Shown here one piece after another: positions 9,727 through 19,587 of a DNA stretch of 64,000 bases (its first letter is position 1; each line of letters starts with the position of its first letter). Position numbers and translations under genes: made by a program. The notes under the pieces were generated by a model, which did not search any database, was not told the origin of the DNA, and saw only the letters and a program-made list of their open reading frames with translations. Source of the DNA: Candidatus Omnitrophota bacterium (lineage in GTDB: Bacteria > Omnitrophota > Gorgyraeia > Zapsychrales > Zapsychraceae). The stretch spans positions 894,361-958,360 of the forward strand of contig JBFWOS010000001.1 of assembly GCA_050250375.1 (NCBI GenBank), given 5' to 3'.

Positions 9727-10512
9727 ATGATCCAATCAATTCAAAAAATCGGCTCTTCTACGACTACACTAATTCGTGAAATAGGCAGTATGGGTTGTTT
9801 CTTCCTAACAGCCCTGTTTTATATTTTTACGCCCCCTTTATTATGGAACCGGTTAATCCGGCAGATATATTTTATTGGGGTGAAGACTATTTTGATTGTT
9901 TTATTGACCGGAATGTTTACCGGTATGGTTCTGACCCTGCAGTCCTACTATGTCCTTGTGACGTTCGGGGCAGAATCCAGTCTGGGATCCTTATTATCTT
10001 TATCATTGATTCGTGAAATCGCACCGGTCATCACCGCTCTGATGATCGTCGGTCGGGCCGGTTCGGCTCTGACCGCCGAATTAGGCATTATGAGGATGTC
10101 TGAGCAGATTGATGCCTTAGACGCGATGGCCCTGAATCCGTACAAATATTTGATCAATCCGAATTTAATCGCCGGCATCATCACTTTTCCGATATTGACC
10201 GCGTTCTTTATTATTTCAGGAGTTTGGGGAGGATTTTTGGTGGCTGTCAAATTAACCGGTTTATCCACCGGAATTTTTTTCGGAGCCATGGCTGATTCGA
10301 TCATGTTGAAAGACCTTCTACTGGGGTTATATAAATCCCTAAGCTTCGGATTGTTGGTCACGTCGATTTGTTGTTACAAAGGCTTTTTTGCGGGCATTGG
10401 TTCTGGATTCGGCGCCCAAGGTGTTAGCAAGGCCACAACGGATGCGGTCGTTCTTTCATCAGTCCTTATTCTGGTCTTGGATTACTTTATAACCTCCATT
10501 ATGTTATTTTAA
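9727..10512 (+). CDS. mlaE: MlaE phospholipid ABC transporter permease
   Basis: MlaE/Ttg2B-like permease sequence (IREIAPVITALMIVGRAGSALTAELG) and operon context. Confidence 0.9.
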   Translation: MIQSIQKIGSSTTTLIREIGSMGCFFLTALFYIFTPPLLWNRLIRQIYFIGVKTILIVLLTGMFTGMVLTLQSYYVLVTFGAESSLGSLLSLSLIREIAPVITALMIVGRAGSALTAELGIMRMSEQIDALDAMALNPYKYLINPNLIAGIITFPILTAFFIISGVWGGFLVAVKLTGLSTGIFFGAMADSIMLKDLLLGLYKSLSFGLLVTSICCYKGFFAGIGSGFGAQGVSKATTDAVVLSSVLILVLDYFITSIMLF

Positions 10513-10520
10513 TTCTATTT

Positions 10521-11249
10521 ATGATTGAAATTATAGAGCTTTGTAAAAATTTCGGTAAAAAACAGGTCCTTAACGGCGTTAACCTGAAAGTCAAAAAAGG
10601 TGAAACCTTTGCCCTTATCGGAGCCAGCGGCAAAGGCAAATCCGTCCTATTGAAACACATTATCGGTCTGATCAAACCGGATCAGGGTAAAATTCTCATT
10701 GATGGCCATGATATCAGCGGGATCCACGGCACAAAACTAAAAAAACTCAAAGATCGTTTTGGTGTCGTTTTTCAATTTGGCGCCTTGTTTGATTCGCTGA
10801 CGGTCTATGACAATGTGGCCTTCCCTTTAATTGAAAAAACCCGATTAAGCCCTGACGAAATCCATAAAAAGGTCCTGGAGGAATTAGCCACTGTTGGTCT
10901 ATCCGGTGAAGAAGACAAATATCCGGCTCAAATCAGCGGGGGAATGCGGAAAAGGGTTGCCGTGGCCAGATGTCTGGTGATGAACCCTGAAATTATCCTG
11001 TTTGACGAACCAACGACCGGTCTGGATCCTGTAATCGCCAATTCCATTTATCGCACAATCAAAAAACTTCAGGATCAGCGCAATTTGACCAGTTTTATCA
11101 TCAGCCATGAAATCCCGGGAATTTTCAAGATTGCCGATCGGGTAGCCATGCTGCATGACGGACAGATCATACAAGTGGGAACATCCGATGAGATCCAAAA
11201 CACACAAAACACCACAGTTAAAAAATTCCTCCAGGGGGAAATCGAATGA
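10521..11249 (+). CDS. mlaF: MlaF ABC transporter ATP-binding protein
   Basis: Walker A GASGKGKS, signature LSGGMRKR and Walker B ILFDEPTTGLD. Confidence 0.9.
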   Translation: MIEIIELCKNFGKKQVLNGVNLKVKKGETFALIGASGKGKSVLLKHIIGLIKPDQGKILIDGHDISGIHGTKLKKLKDRFGVVFQFGALFDSLTVYDNVAFPLIEKTRLSPDEIHKKVLEELATVGLSGEEDKYPAQISGGMRKRVAVARCLVMNPEIILFDEPTTGLDPVIANSIYRTIKKLQDQRNLTSFIISHEIPGIFKIADRVAMLHDGQIIQVGTSDEIQNTQNTTVKKFLQGEIE

Positions 11250-11304
11250 ACCCTGGACATGAATATATCATTCCGCAGTCAATTAGATCGAAAGGTAGGA
11301 TAAA

Positions 11305-11742
11305 ATGAAAAAAAGCACAATCGAGGTTATTGTTGGCCTTTTTATTATTACTGGTTTAATGGCTATGGGTTATATCTCCATAAAACTGGGAAAGGTCGAT
11401 TTTTTTAACCGAAATTATTATTCCTTGAATGCGACCTTTTCAACGGTCGCCGGTCTCAAAAAAGACACAAATATCGAAATTGCCGGAGTTCCGATAGGTA
11501 AAATCAAGGATATACAGCTTAAGGATTATCAAGCCATTGTAACACTCGACATCAAAAACGGTATCGTCATCCAGGATGACGCGATCGCCTCTGTCCGCAC
11601 GAAAGGGCTTTTAGGCGAAAAATATATCGAAATACTTCCTGGCGGTTCAAATGTTATACTTAAAGCAGGGGATGAAATCTTTGATACCGAGCCTCCGTTT
11701 GATCTGATGTTGGTGATCAAGAACCTGGCGGTTGGTGATTAA
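11305..11742 (+). CDS. mlaD: MlaD (MCE-domain) protein
   Basis: N-terminal TM segment plus an MCE domain. It sits in the mla operon. Confidence 0.85.
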   Translation: MKKSTIEVIVGLFIITGLMAMGYISIKLGKVDFFNRNYYSLNATFSTVAGLKKDTNIEIAGVPIGKIKDIQLKDYQAIVTLDIKNGIVIQDDAIASVRTKGLLGEKYIEILPGGSNVILKAGDEIFDTEPPFDLMLVIKNLAVGD

Positions 11743-11764
11743 AGTCAAAAAGGATTATCATAAT

Positions 11765-12373
11765 ATGAAAAAAACCACTTTTCTTCCCTTATTCACTTTG
11801 ATAGTTTTGAGTTTATGTTCCCCATCCATGTTATGGGCTGACGACACCCCAGGCCAATTGGTGATTAACACCATTAATCAAGGCATGCAAATTCTCAAGG
11901 ATCCGGAACTAAAAAATCCTGATCAGCTTGAAATACGCCGTCAAAAGCTGTGGGAAATCTTAGAACCGATATTTAGCTTTGAAGAGGTGTCTATGCTTGC
12001 GCTCGGTCGCCATTGGCTCGATTTAAATCCAAACCAGCAGAAAGAATTTACCGATTCATTCACAAATATCCTCAAAGATATATACTTGAAAAAATCTGAC
12101 GACTATCAGGACGGTGAAATCATTTATGTCCGGGAAATCGTCAAGGGAACTCGCAGTAAAGTACAAACAAATTTTGTCAAAGGCGGCAAGAAAATCGTCG
12201 TCGATTTCAGCATGAAGAAAATTGATAACGTCTGGAAAATTTACGATATCACGATTGAAACCGTTAGCGTTTTAACCAATTATCGGACACAGTTCAACAG
12301 CATCCTGGCAAAATCATCTTTTGATGAATTGATGGCAAAATTACGAAAAAAAGAAATCGAAGTTTCGAACTAA
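11765..12373 (+). CDS. mlaC: MlaC/Ttg2D periplasmic phospholipid-binding protein
   Basis: Signal peptide after the internal Met MKKTTFLPLF. The MlaC-like sequence ends ...WKIYDITIETVSVLTNYRTQF. The ORF track starts at 11732, overlapping mlaD. Confidence 0.8.
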   Translation: MKKTTFLPLFTLIVLSLCSPSMLWADDTPGQLVINTINQGMQILKDPELKNPDQLEIRRQKLWEILEPIFSFEEVSMLALGRHWLDLNPNQQKEFTDSFTNILKDIYLKKSDDYQDGEIIYVREIVKGTRSKVQTNFVKGGKKIVVDFSMKKIDNVWKIYDITIETVSVLTNYRTQFNSILAKSSFDELMAKLRKKEIEVSN

Positions 12374-12380
12374 GCGAGGT

Positions 12381-13175
12381 GTGATGATGAAAACGATGAT
12401 AATTTGGCTGGCAGCATCTTTCTCGATGGTTTTAATGGTGGAGCTTGGGCTCCTTGCAACCGCCCAAGCCGCGGAGTACGCAAAAACTTCCAAATCGGCT
12501 CCCCTTGATCATTTTGATGTTGATGAAGATATTGATTTCTACGAAGAGAATATAACCATTAACGACCCCTTTGAAGATTACAATCGTTTCATGTTTAAGG
12601 TCAACGACTGGGTCTACAGACGCCTTTTTAACCCCATCGCCAAAGGTTATGATTTTGTAGCCCCTAAACCCGTTCAGAAATGTTTCGACAATCTGTTTGA
12701 AAACGCCAAATCAACGATCCCTTTCTTTAATAATTTATTCCAAAAAAAATACAAAAACGCGGCAACGGTGTTCGGTCGTTTTACCGTCAACTCTACGATC
12801 GGAATCGGCGGGTTGTTTGATCCGGCTCAGAAATATCTGCACTGGTCGGCTTATGATGAAGACTTTGGACAAACCCTCGGATATTACGGAATGAAAACAG
12901 GCCCTTACATTATCCTTCCTCTTCTCGGTCCTTCAACCGGCCGTGATGTGCTTGGGTACATCGGGGACAGGGCGTTAAACCCGTTTACCTGGATTGGCGT
13001 TTATGATGTCTATCCGGAAGAAGTATTCGAACATCTGCCTTATCTGCAATACGTCAATGCCTACGCCTATAGACAACGGGAGAATTACGAAGCTGTAATG
13101 GACGGAGCCATTGCCCCATACGCAGCGCTTCAGAATTTTTATGTTCAAATCAGGGAAAGTAAAATAAAAGAATAG
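12381..13175 (+). CDS. mlaA: MlaA/VacJ outer-membrane lipoprotein
   Basis: VacJ-like core: NDPFEDYNRFMFKVND...GIGGLFDPA...GPYIILPLLGPSTGRD. Confidence 0.85.
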   Translation: MMMKTMIIWLAASFSMVLMVELGLLATAQAAEYAKTSKSAPLDHFDVDEDIDFYEENITINDPFEDYNRFMFKVNDWVYRRLFNPIAKGYDFVAPKPVQKCFDNLFENAKSTIPFFNNLFQKKYKNAATVFGRFTVNSTIGIGGLFDPAQKYLHWSAYDEDFGQTLGYYGMKTGPYIILPLLGPSTGRDVLGYIGDRALNPFTWIGVYDVYPEEVFEHLPYLQYVNAYAYRQRENYEAVMDGAIAPYAALQNFYVQIRESKIKE

Positions 13176-13177
13176 TA

Positions 13178-13855
13178 TTAGGGGGAAACCAATTCGGTGA
13201 CGTCTCCATCGGGAGATTTTCGCCGGATAAAAAGCCCGTCAGATTTGCGGTAATAATAAATTCGTTTGTAGTATTTTGACCATTTTCCAGCCGCCGAATA
13301 ATCAATTTTAACCGCCTCAACGTCCTTGCCGTTAATATTAATCGTCTCAACGCCTTCTTTATGGGCCTGCATAAGATACTCTTTTAGCTGGTCCTTGCGT
13401 AACATCCAGAATTCCATATCTGTTTCACCGGACAACACAAATTTTGTCAGATTGAATTTGGGCGTGAAATAAAAAGGTTTGTCATCAGGCAATACAATGG
13501 TTTCTTCTACCGGAGCCCCTTTGAGCATACCTTTAACCGTAATGATTTTTCCATCCTTTGTCCCGGTATAGTCGGTTTTCTCCCCTTCATCTGTTGAGGT
13601 CCATTCGACCGTCTGAAAATCTCCGTCCAAGACGAAATCTTCGTCTTCTTCCATTCTCTTACCCGTAAATTGGCGGGTATATTTTTTCTTACCGCCGGGA
13701 AGTTCATCTACCGTCAAGCTGTATTCATTGATGGTCTTTTTCGTCCGGGGGTTGTAGGTCTTATATAAATAAACCTGTGATTGGGAATAAGCACTGCTTA
13801 CACTCCATAACAAAGAAAGCAGCACACTTAACGTAGTTATAAAATATCTTTTCAT
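13178..13855 (-). CDS. secreted hypothetical protein
   Basis: Signal peptide MKRYFITTLSVLLSLLWSVSSAYSQ. No recognised domain. Confidence 0.5.
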   Translation of the reverse strand: MKRYFITTLSVLLSLLWSVSSAYSQSQVYLYKTYNPRTKKTINEYSLTVDELPGGKKKYTRQFTGKRMEEDEDFVLDGDFQTVEWTSTDEGEKTDYTGTKDGKIITVKGMLKGAPVEETIVLPDDKPFYFTPKFNLTKFVLSGETDMEFWMLRKDQLKEYLMQAHKEGVETININGKDVEAVKIDYSAAGKWSKYYKRIYYYRKSDGLFIRRKSPDGDVTELVSP

Positions 13856-13866
13856 GAGGGTTTTCT

Positions 13867-14628
13867 TTATTGTTTGGTTTGGATGGATAATACCGTATCT
13901 GAGAGGTCTTCAGTTACCATTCTTTTGGATATATATATGACATAATAAGTTAATCCGACCGAAGCCAATAAGCCGGCCCATAACATGACCCATTCAAATG
14001 TCACCCGCGTCTGGTTTGCTCCATCTATCCCGGATGTGTACCCGACCAGATAACCTAGATACACATAGAGGAATGTCGTCGGTAACCGTCCGATAAATGA
14101 AGCCAAGATAAAATCCTTGGATGACATCTTGGTCACACCGCAGATGTAGTTTAAAAACATGGCATTCGCTACCGGGATATTCCTGAGTAATAAAAGCATT
14201 TTCCATCCGTCTTTTTCAATCATTTCATCCAGCTTCTTCAATGACTCATTGTTTTGTATTTTCCTGTTAATTGCATCCTGGAACAGATATCTGGCCATCA
14301 GAAATTTAATAAATGATGAAATGGTCGCGCCAATGGATACCAGCAATACGCCTTGAAACACACCGAATATCGTACCGGCAAAAACCCGGAAGACAACAGA
14401 AGGAATAAATATACCCGACATAAAAATATAGAGAACAACAAAAAGAACCGAGGTCCAGAATCCGAGATGGTCAATTCTGTCAAATATCTGCTGGACGTAT
14501 ATATTCCCCTGGAAATGTTTCGCCAACCAAACAAACAATACAGAGAACACACCCACCGCCAAACACTTAAGGTTGATGTCCCCGTCGCCTCTAATTTTTG
14601 TTATTAAACTGTTTATTATCATTATCAA
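13867..14628 (-). CDS. TVP38/TMEM64 (DedA-like) family membrane protein
   Basis: Multi-TM protein with a VFAGTIFG...G..S.GA..S region typical of the SNARE-associated/DedA superfamily. Confidence 0.7.
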   Translation of the reverse strand: MIMIINSLITKIRGDGDINLKCLAVGVFSVLFVWLAKHFQGNIYVQQIFDRIDHLGFWTSVLFVVLYIFMSGIFIPSVVFRVFAGTIFGVFQGVLLVSIGATISSFIKFLMARYLFQDAINRKIQNNESLKKLDEMIEKDGWKMLLLLRNIPVANAMFLNYICGVTKMSSKDFILASFIGRLPTTFLYVYLGYLVGYTSGIDGANQTRVTFEWVMLWAGLLASVGLTYYVIYISKRMVTEDLSDTVLSIQTKQ

Positions 14629-15469
14629 AAACCTTGATCCCTAAGCGGTGCAACTCCGCATAGATTTTCTTCAACTCATCTTCTTTTGATCCGAATTCTT
14701 TTTTTCTCGATTCGTCTAACTCAATCTTCGCCAATTCATAGTCAATCGGTTTGTCCACATCAACTCCCATTTCGGCAAAAGGCGAAACAAAAATTTTCAC
14801 CTTTGTGTTCAATTTCTTAGACAAAACCTCCGCGATTCCGGGAAAATCTTTTCCTTTGCAGCCTATATGCTCCAAAATCTTAACAGGGTCTTTTCGATAA
14901 CTTCTTAAGATGACAATATCGCGAAGGACATTCTTTAAAACACGGAAATGTTTAACATAATAGATATTCGACCCGGTATATTTCTCGCCAGCCACAGGCA
15001 TATAACTGCGGTTTTCCACCGGGAATCCGGATTTCGCCAATGTCTCTTTTTGAACATAATGAAAAACCAATCCTGGGTTATGATGATCAATATTTTCTAT
15101 GGTCGAATCAATAATTTCGGTCGTTAGATAGGCCGCATCACAAAAGGAAATAAGATAACCATTATGCCGGTTAGAAAATTTATAAATCGCCGTCTTGACA
15201 TAAATAATTGCGCGTAAGAGATTCTGAATGAACGATTTCCCTTCCGGAATTCTTTTGTAAACATACTGCATGGAAGCCAGTTGATCCAATTCTTTTGATC
15301 CGACAACCACAATCTTGTCAATATATCGGCTTTTACGATAAGCGTCAATGACCCGTCCCAGCATCGGCTCACCATTGATCGGCAAAAAGGCCTTTCGGGT
15401 GTACCCGTACTGGTCACACCAATTTTCATTTTCTCCACCGGCTAATATAATTAGATTGTATTTTTTCAT
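14591..15469 (-). CDS. MobA-like / sugar-phosphate nucleotidyltransferase family protein
   Basis: N-terminal LIILAGGENE...FLPINGEPML, a nucleotidyltransferase motif. The C-terminal half is unassigned. Confidence 0.65.
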   Translation of the reverse strand: MKKYNLIILAGGENENWCDQYGYTRKAFLPINGEPMLGRVIDAYRKSRYIDKIVVVGSKELDQLASMQYVYKRIPEGKSFIQNLLRAIIYVKTAIYKFSNRHNGYLISFCDAAYLTTEIIDSTIENIDHHNPGLVFHYVQKETLAKSGFPVENRSYMPVAGEKYTGSNIYYVKHFRVLKNVLRDIVILRSYRKDPVKILEHIGCKGKDFPGIAEVLSKKLNTKVKIFVSPFAEMGVDVDKPIDYELAKIELDESRKKEFGSKEDELKKIYAELHRLGIKVFDNDNKQFNNKN

Positions 15470-15639
15470 AAATTATGCCTAATTTTTATGCAATTCAAGA
15501 TTTAATTGATTTACCCTAAATCGAAAAATGATTAAGGAATACTTATTTTAACTAAATTGTAAAAAAAATCAATATTAATTATTCCTATAGTTAAATTTTT
15601 CTATTTTTCTTAAGTCATTATATATCAATATATTATATT

Positions 15640-15655
15640 ATGTTGATATCAACAT
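15640..15655. promoter_or_regulatory. 16-nt perfect palindrome ATGTTGATATCAACAT in an AT-rich leader
   Basis: Perfect inverted repeat within a 380-bp AT-rich intergenic region upstream of the plus-strand gene at 15849. Confidence 0.3.
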
Positions 15656-15848
15656 ATATTAAGAACCTTGTGAAAAATGTGAATTTTTATTAATTAATTT
15701 CATAAACGAGGCAATTTATCGCTTAATTGCTTTCCCTAATTTGGTATAGTTAATAAGCCCTATAAAAGAACAAAATTTTAACAAGACAGAAATGCTCTGA
15801 TATGATACTGTCATTAAAACCACTTTCAATTCAAATTAAAGAGGCATA

Positions 15849-17717
15849 TTGCCAATTGTTTATATCATGCCTGGATCAACGATGAAAAGAAAGCAGTATC
15901 AAATTATTATCGCGATAGCCCTATTTACCATCTCCAGGGTCTCTTATATTTTCTTCCTTAAAGATACGGATATCGCATCAAACCAAAAAATCATTGAATC
16001 TCAGTATATCGGATTGGTCGCCAAACATCTACAGGAAGGCTTAATCATGCCGTTCTGGGATTATCAATTCAGCAGTTATGATGGCGGCACTCTTATAACT
16101 GGCCTGGTTTTAGCGCCGTTCTTCCATTTGTTCGGGCAAAGTTCCTTCACACTATCTTTCTATGCCCTGATTATTTCTTTGATTGTGTTCTTAATCTGGT
16201 GGCGTTTCTCCCATATATATTACGGTGAACGAATTGGACTGTTTGTGGCCATGCTCTTTATTTTCGCACCGCCGATTCATATAAAAGCTAACGGCGTTGC
16301 TTCCGGTAATCATATGGAAATCAATTTCTTCGTTTCCCTCGTAGTTTTCTTTTTCTATAAGATCTTTTTCTTCTTCCAATCCAAAAACAATCCACTCAAA
16401 AGATTTAAATCATTGGATTTTATTTTTCTGGGATTCATATCCGGTTTAGGCGTATATTTTTGCTATTCGTTAGGACTTGTCTTGTTGACTTGCTTTCTGT
16501 TTTGGATCACGATTGATAAACAGCCCTTTAAAAATTATCATTATCTTCTTCTAGGATGCTTTTATGTTTTAGGCTTCAGTTTTGCCTTTCCGCGCTTACC
16601 TGTTTTTAACTCTTTAATTATCGCCGATATATTCAGCCAATGGCCGTTGTCAAACTTCGCATCATTCGGCGAACGTTTTACCGGCGTAATAACCAAACAA
16701 CTTCCCCCATTAATTGCCGTGGCAAGCCCTCTTCATATTCTAACCTTTTACATTTTCTCAATTTCTTTCTTATTTTTACTCTTCAAAAACCTAAAAACTC
16801 TGGGTCGACAGCTGATTGTTTTGGCCCAGCCGAAATTCCAAAGACTAAATTTCGACCATTCCATCAAAAATAACTTTATCCTGCTATTTCTAATGATCTA
16901 TATCCTCACATATACTCTGAGTAATTTTAATACTTATCTGGAATTTGAAAGCCCCATACGGCACCGTTATCTTCTCCTCTTGTATCCGTTCATTTTTATT
17001 GTTATAGCCGAATCCTTAAATAGCCTGTATCTATGGAAAAATCCTCTCGGAAAGCGTTTAACTGTTTTGTTATTTATCTATTTCTTTATCGCGTCAATTC
17101 ACGGCACACTAAGACAACTTGACTTTAACAACGCCAAACAAAAAATTATCCGGCGTTTTACCGAAGACGGGTTTTCCCATGAAATGCTGGGAACAGTTAT
17201 ATGTTCCAGATTTGGAGGTTTCCCGGAAAAAAGTCTCCCATTATTGAATAGCGTCAAAAATATATACATACCCGAAATGTATCGGGGTTTCGGTTATGAA
17301 TTTTCCATGATGGATTATCACAATCTAAAAGAGTATAAGAAACTAATCGTGTCAAAACCCTATCAAAAAGAATTTTTAAAGGGAATTGATTTGGGAAGAG
17401 TCACAAATGAATATTTCAAAGGAACCGATGTTGACCGCGCGTATTTAGCCGATGTTATGGGTTACGGAGCCTGCCAGGAACCGGAAATGATCGGCAACAG
17501 GCTGCTTTCATTACTGGATCCGGTAACCGTTACTGACAAATCTCAGTACTATAAAGGGATCGGGATGATTTTAGCCATTCAGTGTGATATACTAGATGAT
17601 ACCGAGTTTAAGTTTATTAAAAAAATCGATTCAAAATATTACCAGGCCTTTTATGAAGGTGTTGGTGAGGGCCGCAAGTACAATCTCAACATTTTATCTA
17701 TATTAGGCACCCCTTGA
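15849..17717 (+). CDS. polytopic membrane protein, possibly GT-C/ArnT-PMT-like
   Basis: About 12 predicted TM helices followed by a soluble C-terminal domain of about 200 aa. No firm family call. Confidence 0.55.
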   Translation: MPIVYIMPGSTMKRKQYQIIIAIALFTISRVSYIFFLKDTDIASNQKIIESQYIGLVAKHLQEGLIMPFWDYQFSSYDGGTLITGLVLAPFFHLFGQSSFTLSFYALIISLIVFLIWWRFSHIYYGERIGLFVAMLFIFAPPIHIKANGVASGNHMEINFFVSLVVFFFYKIFFFFQSKNNPLKRFKSLDFIFLGFISGLGVYFCYSLGLVLLTCFLFWITIDKQPFKNYHYLLLGCFYVLGFSFAFPRLPVFNSLIIADIFSQWPLSNFASFGERFTGVITKQLPPLIAVASPLHILTFYIFSISFLFLLFKNLKTLGRQLIVLAQPKFQRLNFDHSIKNNFILLFLMIYILTYTLSNFNTYLEFESPIRHRYLLLLYPFIFIVIAESLNSLYLWKNPLGKRLTVLLFIYFFIASIHGTLRQLDFNNAKQKIIRRFTEDGFSHEMLGTVICSRFGGFPEKSLPLLNSVKNIYIPEMYRGFGYEFSMMDYHNLKEYKKLIVSKPYQKEFLKGIDLGRVTNEYFKGTDVDRAYLADVMGYGACQEPEMIGNRLLSLLDPVTVTDKSQYYKGIGMILAIQCDILDDTEFKFIKKIDSKYYQAFYEGVGEGRKYNLNILSILGTP

Positions 17718-17733
17718 TTTGAGAGGATGACGA

Positions 17734-19344
17734 ATGAAAGTAACATTTGTATACACGGAAGATGAAAGCCTTGGGCTACAATATCTTTCCGGCATCCTGA
17801 AAAAACATGGTCACCAAACCGAATTAATTTTCGATCCCGCCCTTTTTAATGACAATATCCTTCCTATTAAACCATTAAGTAAATTCTTCAATTTTGAAGA
17901 CCAGATTGTTGAAGACATTATTGATTCCAAACCTGACATCATCGGTTTTTCTCTTCTAACGGATATCTATCCCTGGTTTCGCCGTATTGCCAGTAAAATA
18001 AAAAAAATGACAAACATACCCATTGTTGTCGGCGGGATTCATGCGACCAGCGTTCCAGATATCGTTATTCAAGAAAACTTTGTTGATTTTCTAATTGTAG
18101 GAGAGGGCGAGTTTCCTCTTTTAGAACTCATAAACCGTTTGGAAGGGGATCGCGACTTTGAAATGGTCCCGTCGCTTTGGTACAAAAAAAATGATGAGGT
18201 CAAAAGGACAGCCATTCTCCCTAAAATAACGAATCTTGATGAGATTCCTGTCCCTGATAAAGATTTGTTTTATGATAAAGCCCCAATGTTTCAGAAAAAT
18301 TATTTTATTGAAGCCGCACGGGGTTGCGTTTTTAAATGCACCTTTTGCCACCACTCCATATCTAAAGATATTCCGCAAACAAAACGCAGTTACCGCATGC
18401 GCAGCGTCAAAAGTGTTATTGATGAATTAAAGATGGCAAAACAAAAGTATAATATCCATAGCGTCTATTTTACGGATGAATTATTTGCTCTTGATATGGA
18501 TTGGATGCGGGAATTTGTTCCGGCTTACCGAGAACAGGTTGGACTTCCTTACAGCTGTTCGGTCTACCCATCGATGATGGATGAAGAACGAGTCATTCTC
18601 CTTAAGAATTCCTTCTGTTTTGGAGTCGAAATGGGCGTTCAGACAATTAACACAGATTTAAAAAAGCAGCTCAATCGCTTTGAAACAAATGCCCGTGTCG
18701 AAAAAATTATTGGACTTCTAAAGAAACACGGAATACGGGTCTATACCCAAAATATCATGGCTTTGCCGGGGGAACGAGAGGAACACCTGAAGGAAATGCT
18801 TGAATTTTATACTCGCGTCAAACCGACCGTTTCTTTCTTTTTTTGGCTGCGTTACTATCCCCGGACCGCTGTGGTGTCAGATGCGCTAAAAATGGGAATT
18901 CTGACCCAGGATCAGGTTCTTCAGATTGAAAAAGGTGAAATAACGGGCGGCATTAATACCGGTGGCACTTTTTTAGGCAAATATGCGGATAAATATTTCC
19001 TTGTTCTTAACTTATCAAAATATTTACCCCTGGGTTTTGTCCGTTTCCTGATCCACAGAAACCTAATCCGCTTTATTCCTGTGCTCCCCCTGCGCTCAAT
19101 CAATATGGTTTTTATTTTCTTTGCCCAGCGATTTACCGAATTTCTGCCCTCGAAATACGGATCAAAAATCTACCGGTTTAATCGTGATATCGCCCGTTAT
19201 CAACATTATATCTTCCGCAAAATTTTCTCGTTGGGAAGGAAGAAAAGAAACAATCCGGAAACAAAAATTTCAGAGATGAATACGCTTTTAGAACCGAAGG
19301 TGTATGTGGGGCCTCCTGAAAACATCCTGCGGGTCAAAGCTTAA
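17734..19344 (+). CDS. B12-binding-domain radical SAM enzyme
   Basis: N-terminal cobalamin-binding-like region (PDIIGFSLLTD...VVGGIHAT) and a radical-SAM cysteine triad ARGCVFKCTFC (Cx3Cx2C). Confidence 0.85.
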   Translation: MKVTFVYTEDESLGLQYLSGILKKHGHQTELIFDPALFNDNILPIKPLSKFFNFEDQIVEDIIDSKPDIIGFSLLTDIYPWFRRIASKIKKMTNIPIVVGGIHATSVPDIVIQENFVDFLIVGEGEFPLLELINRLEGDRDFEMVPSLWYKKNDEVKRTAILPKITNLDEIPVPDKDLFYDKAPMFQKNYFIEAARGCVFKCTFCHHSISKDIPQTKRSYRMRSVKSVIDELKMAKQKYNIHSVYFTDELFALDMDWMREFVPAYREQVGLPYSCSVYPSMMDEERVILLKNSFCFGVEMGVQTINTDLKKQLNRFETNARVEKIIGLLKKHGIRVYTQNIMALPGEREEHLKEMLEFYTRVKPTVSFFFWLRYYPRTAVVSDALKMGILTQDQVLQIEKGEITGGINTGGTFLGKYADKYFLVLNLSKYLPLGFVRFLIHRNLIRFIPVLPLRSINMVFIFFAQRFTEFLPSKYGSKIYRFNRDIARYQHYIFRKIFSLGRKKRNNPETKISEMNTLLEPKVYVGPPENILRVKA

Positions 19345-19587
19345 TCCCGCTCTTTTCTGCCGGATTTTAAACTTTCTAGAATTGTGTAATAGCCTGAAAA
19401 AAAATACTTGCGGCGCCAGAAAAGTAGCAAAAAAATCCGGCCATCCTCTTTTTCAAAACATCCTGTTTCTCCCTAATGCTAGAAAAAATTATACTTGTTT
19501 ATTGCCACCGTTACGTCTGTTCCCAGAAAGTATTTTCTTGGGATATTACCGAATTCTCATGATTATGTGATAATATAAAAAAATATT

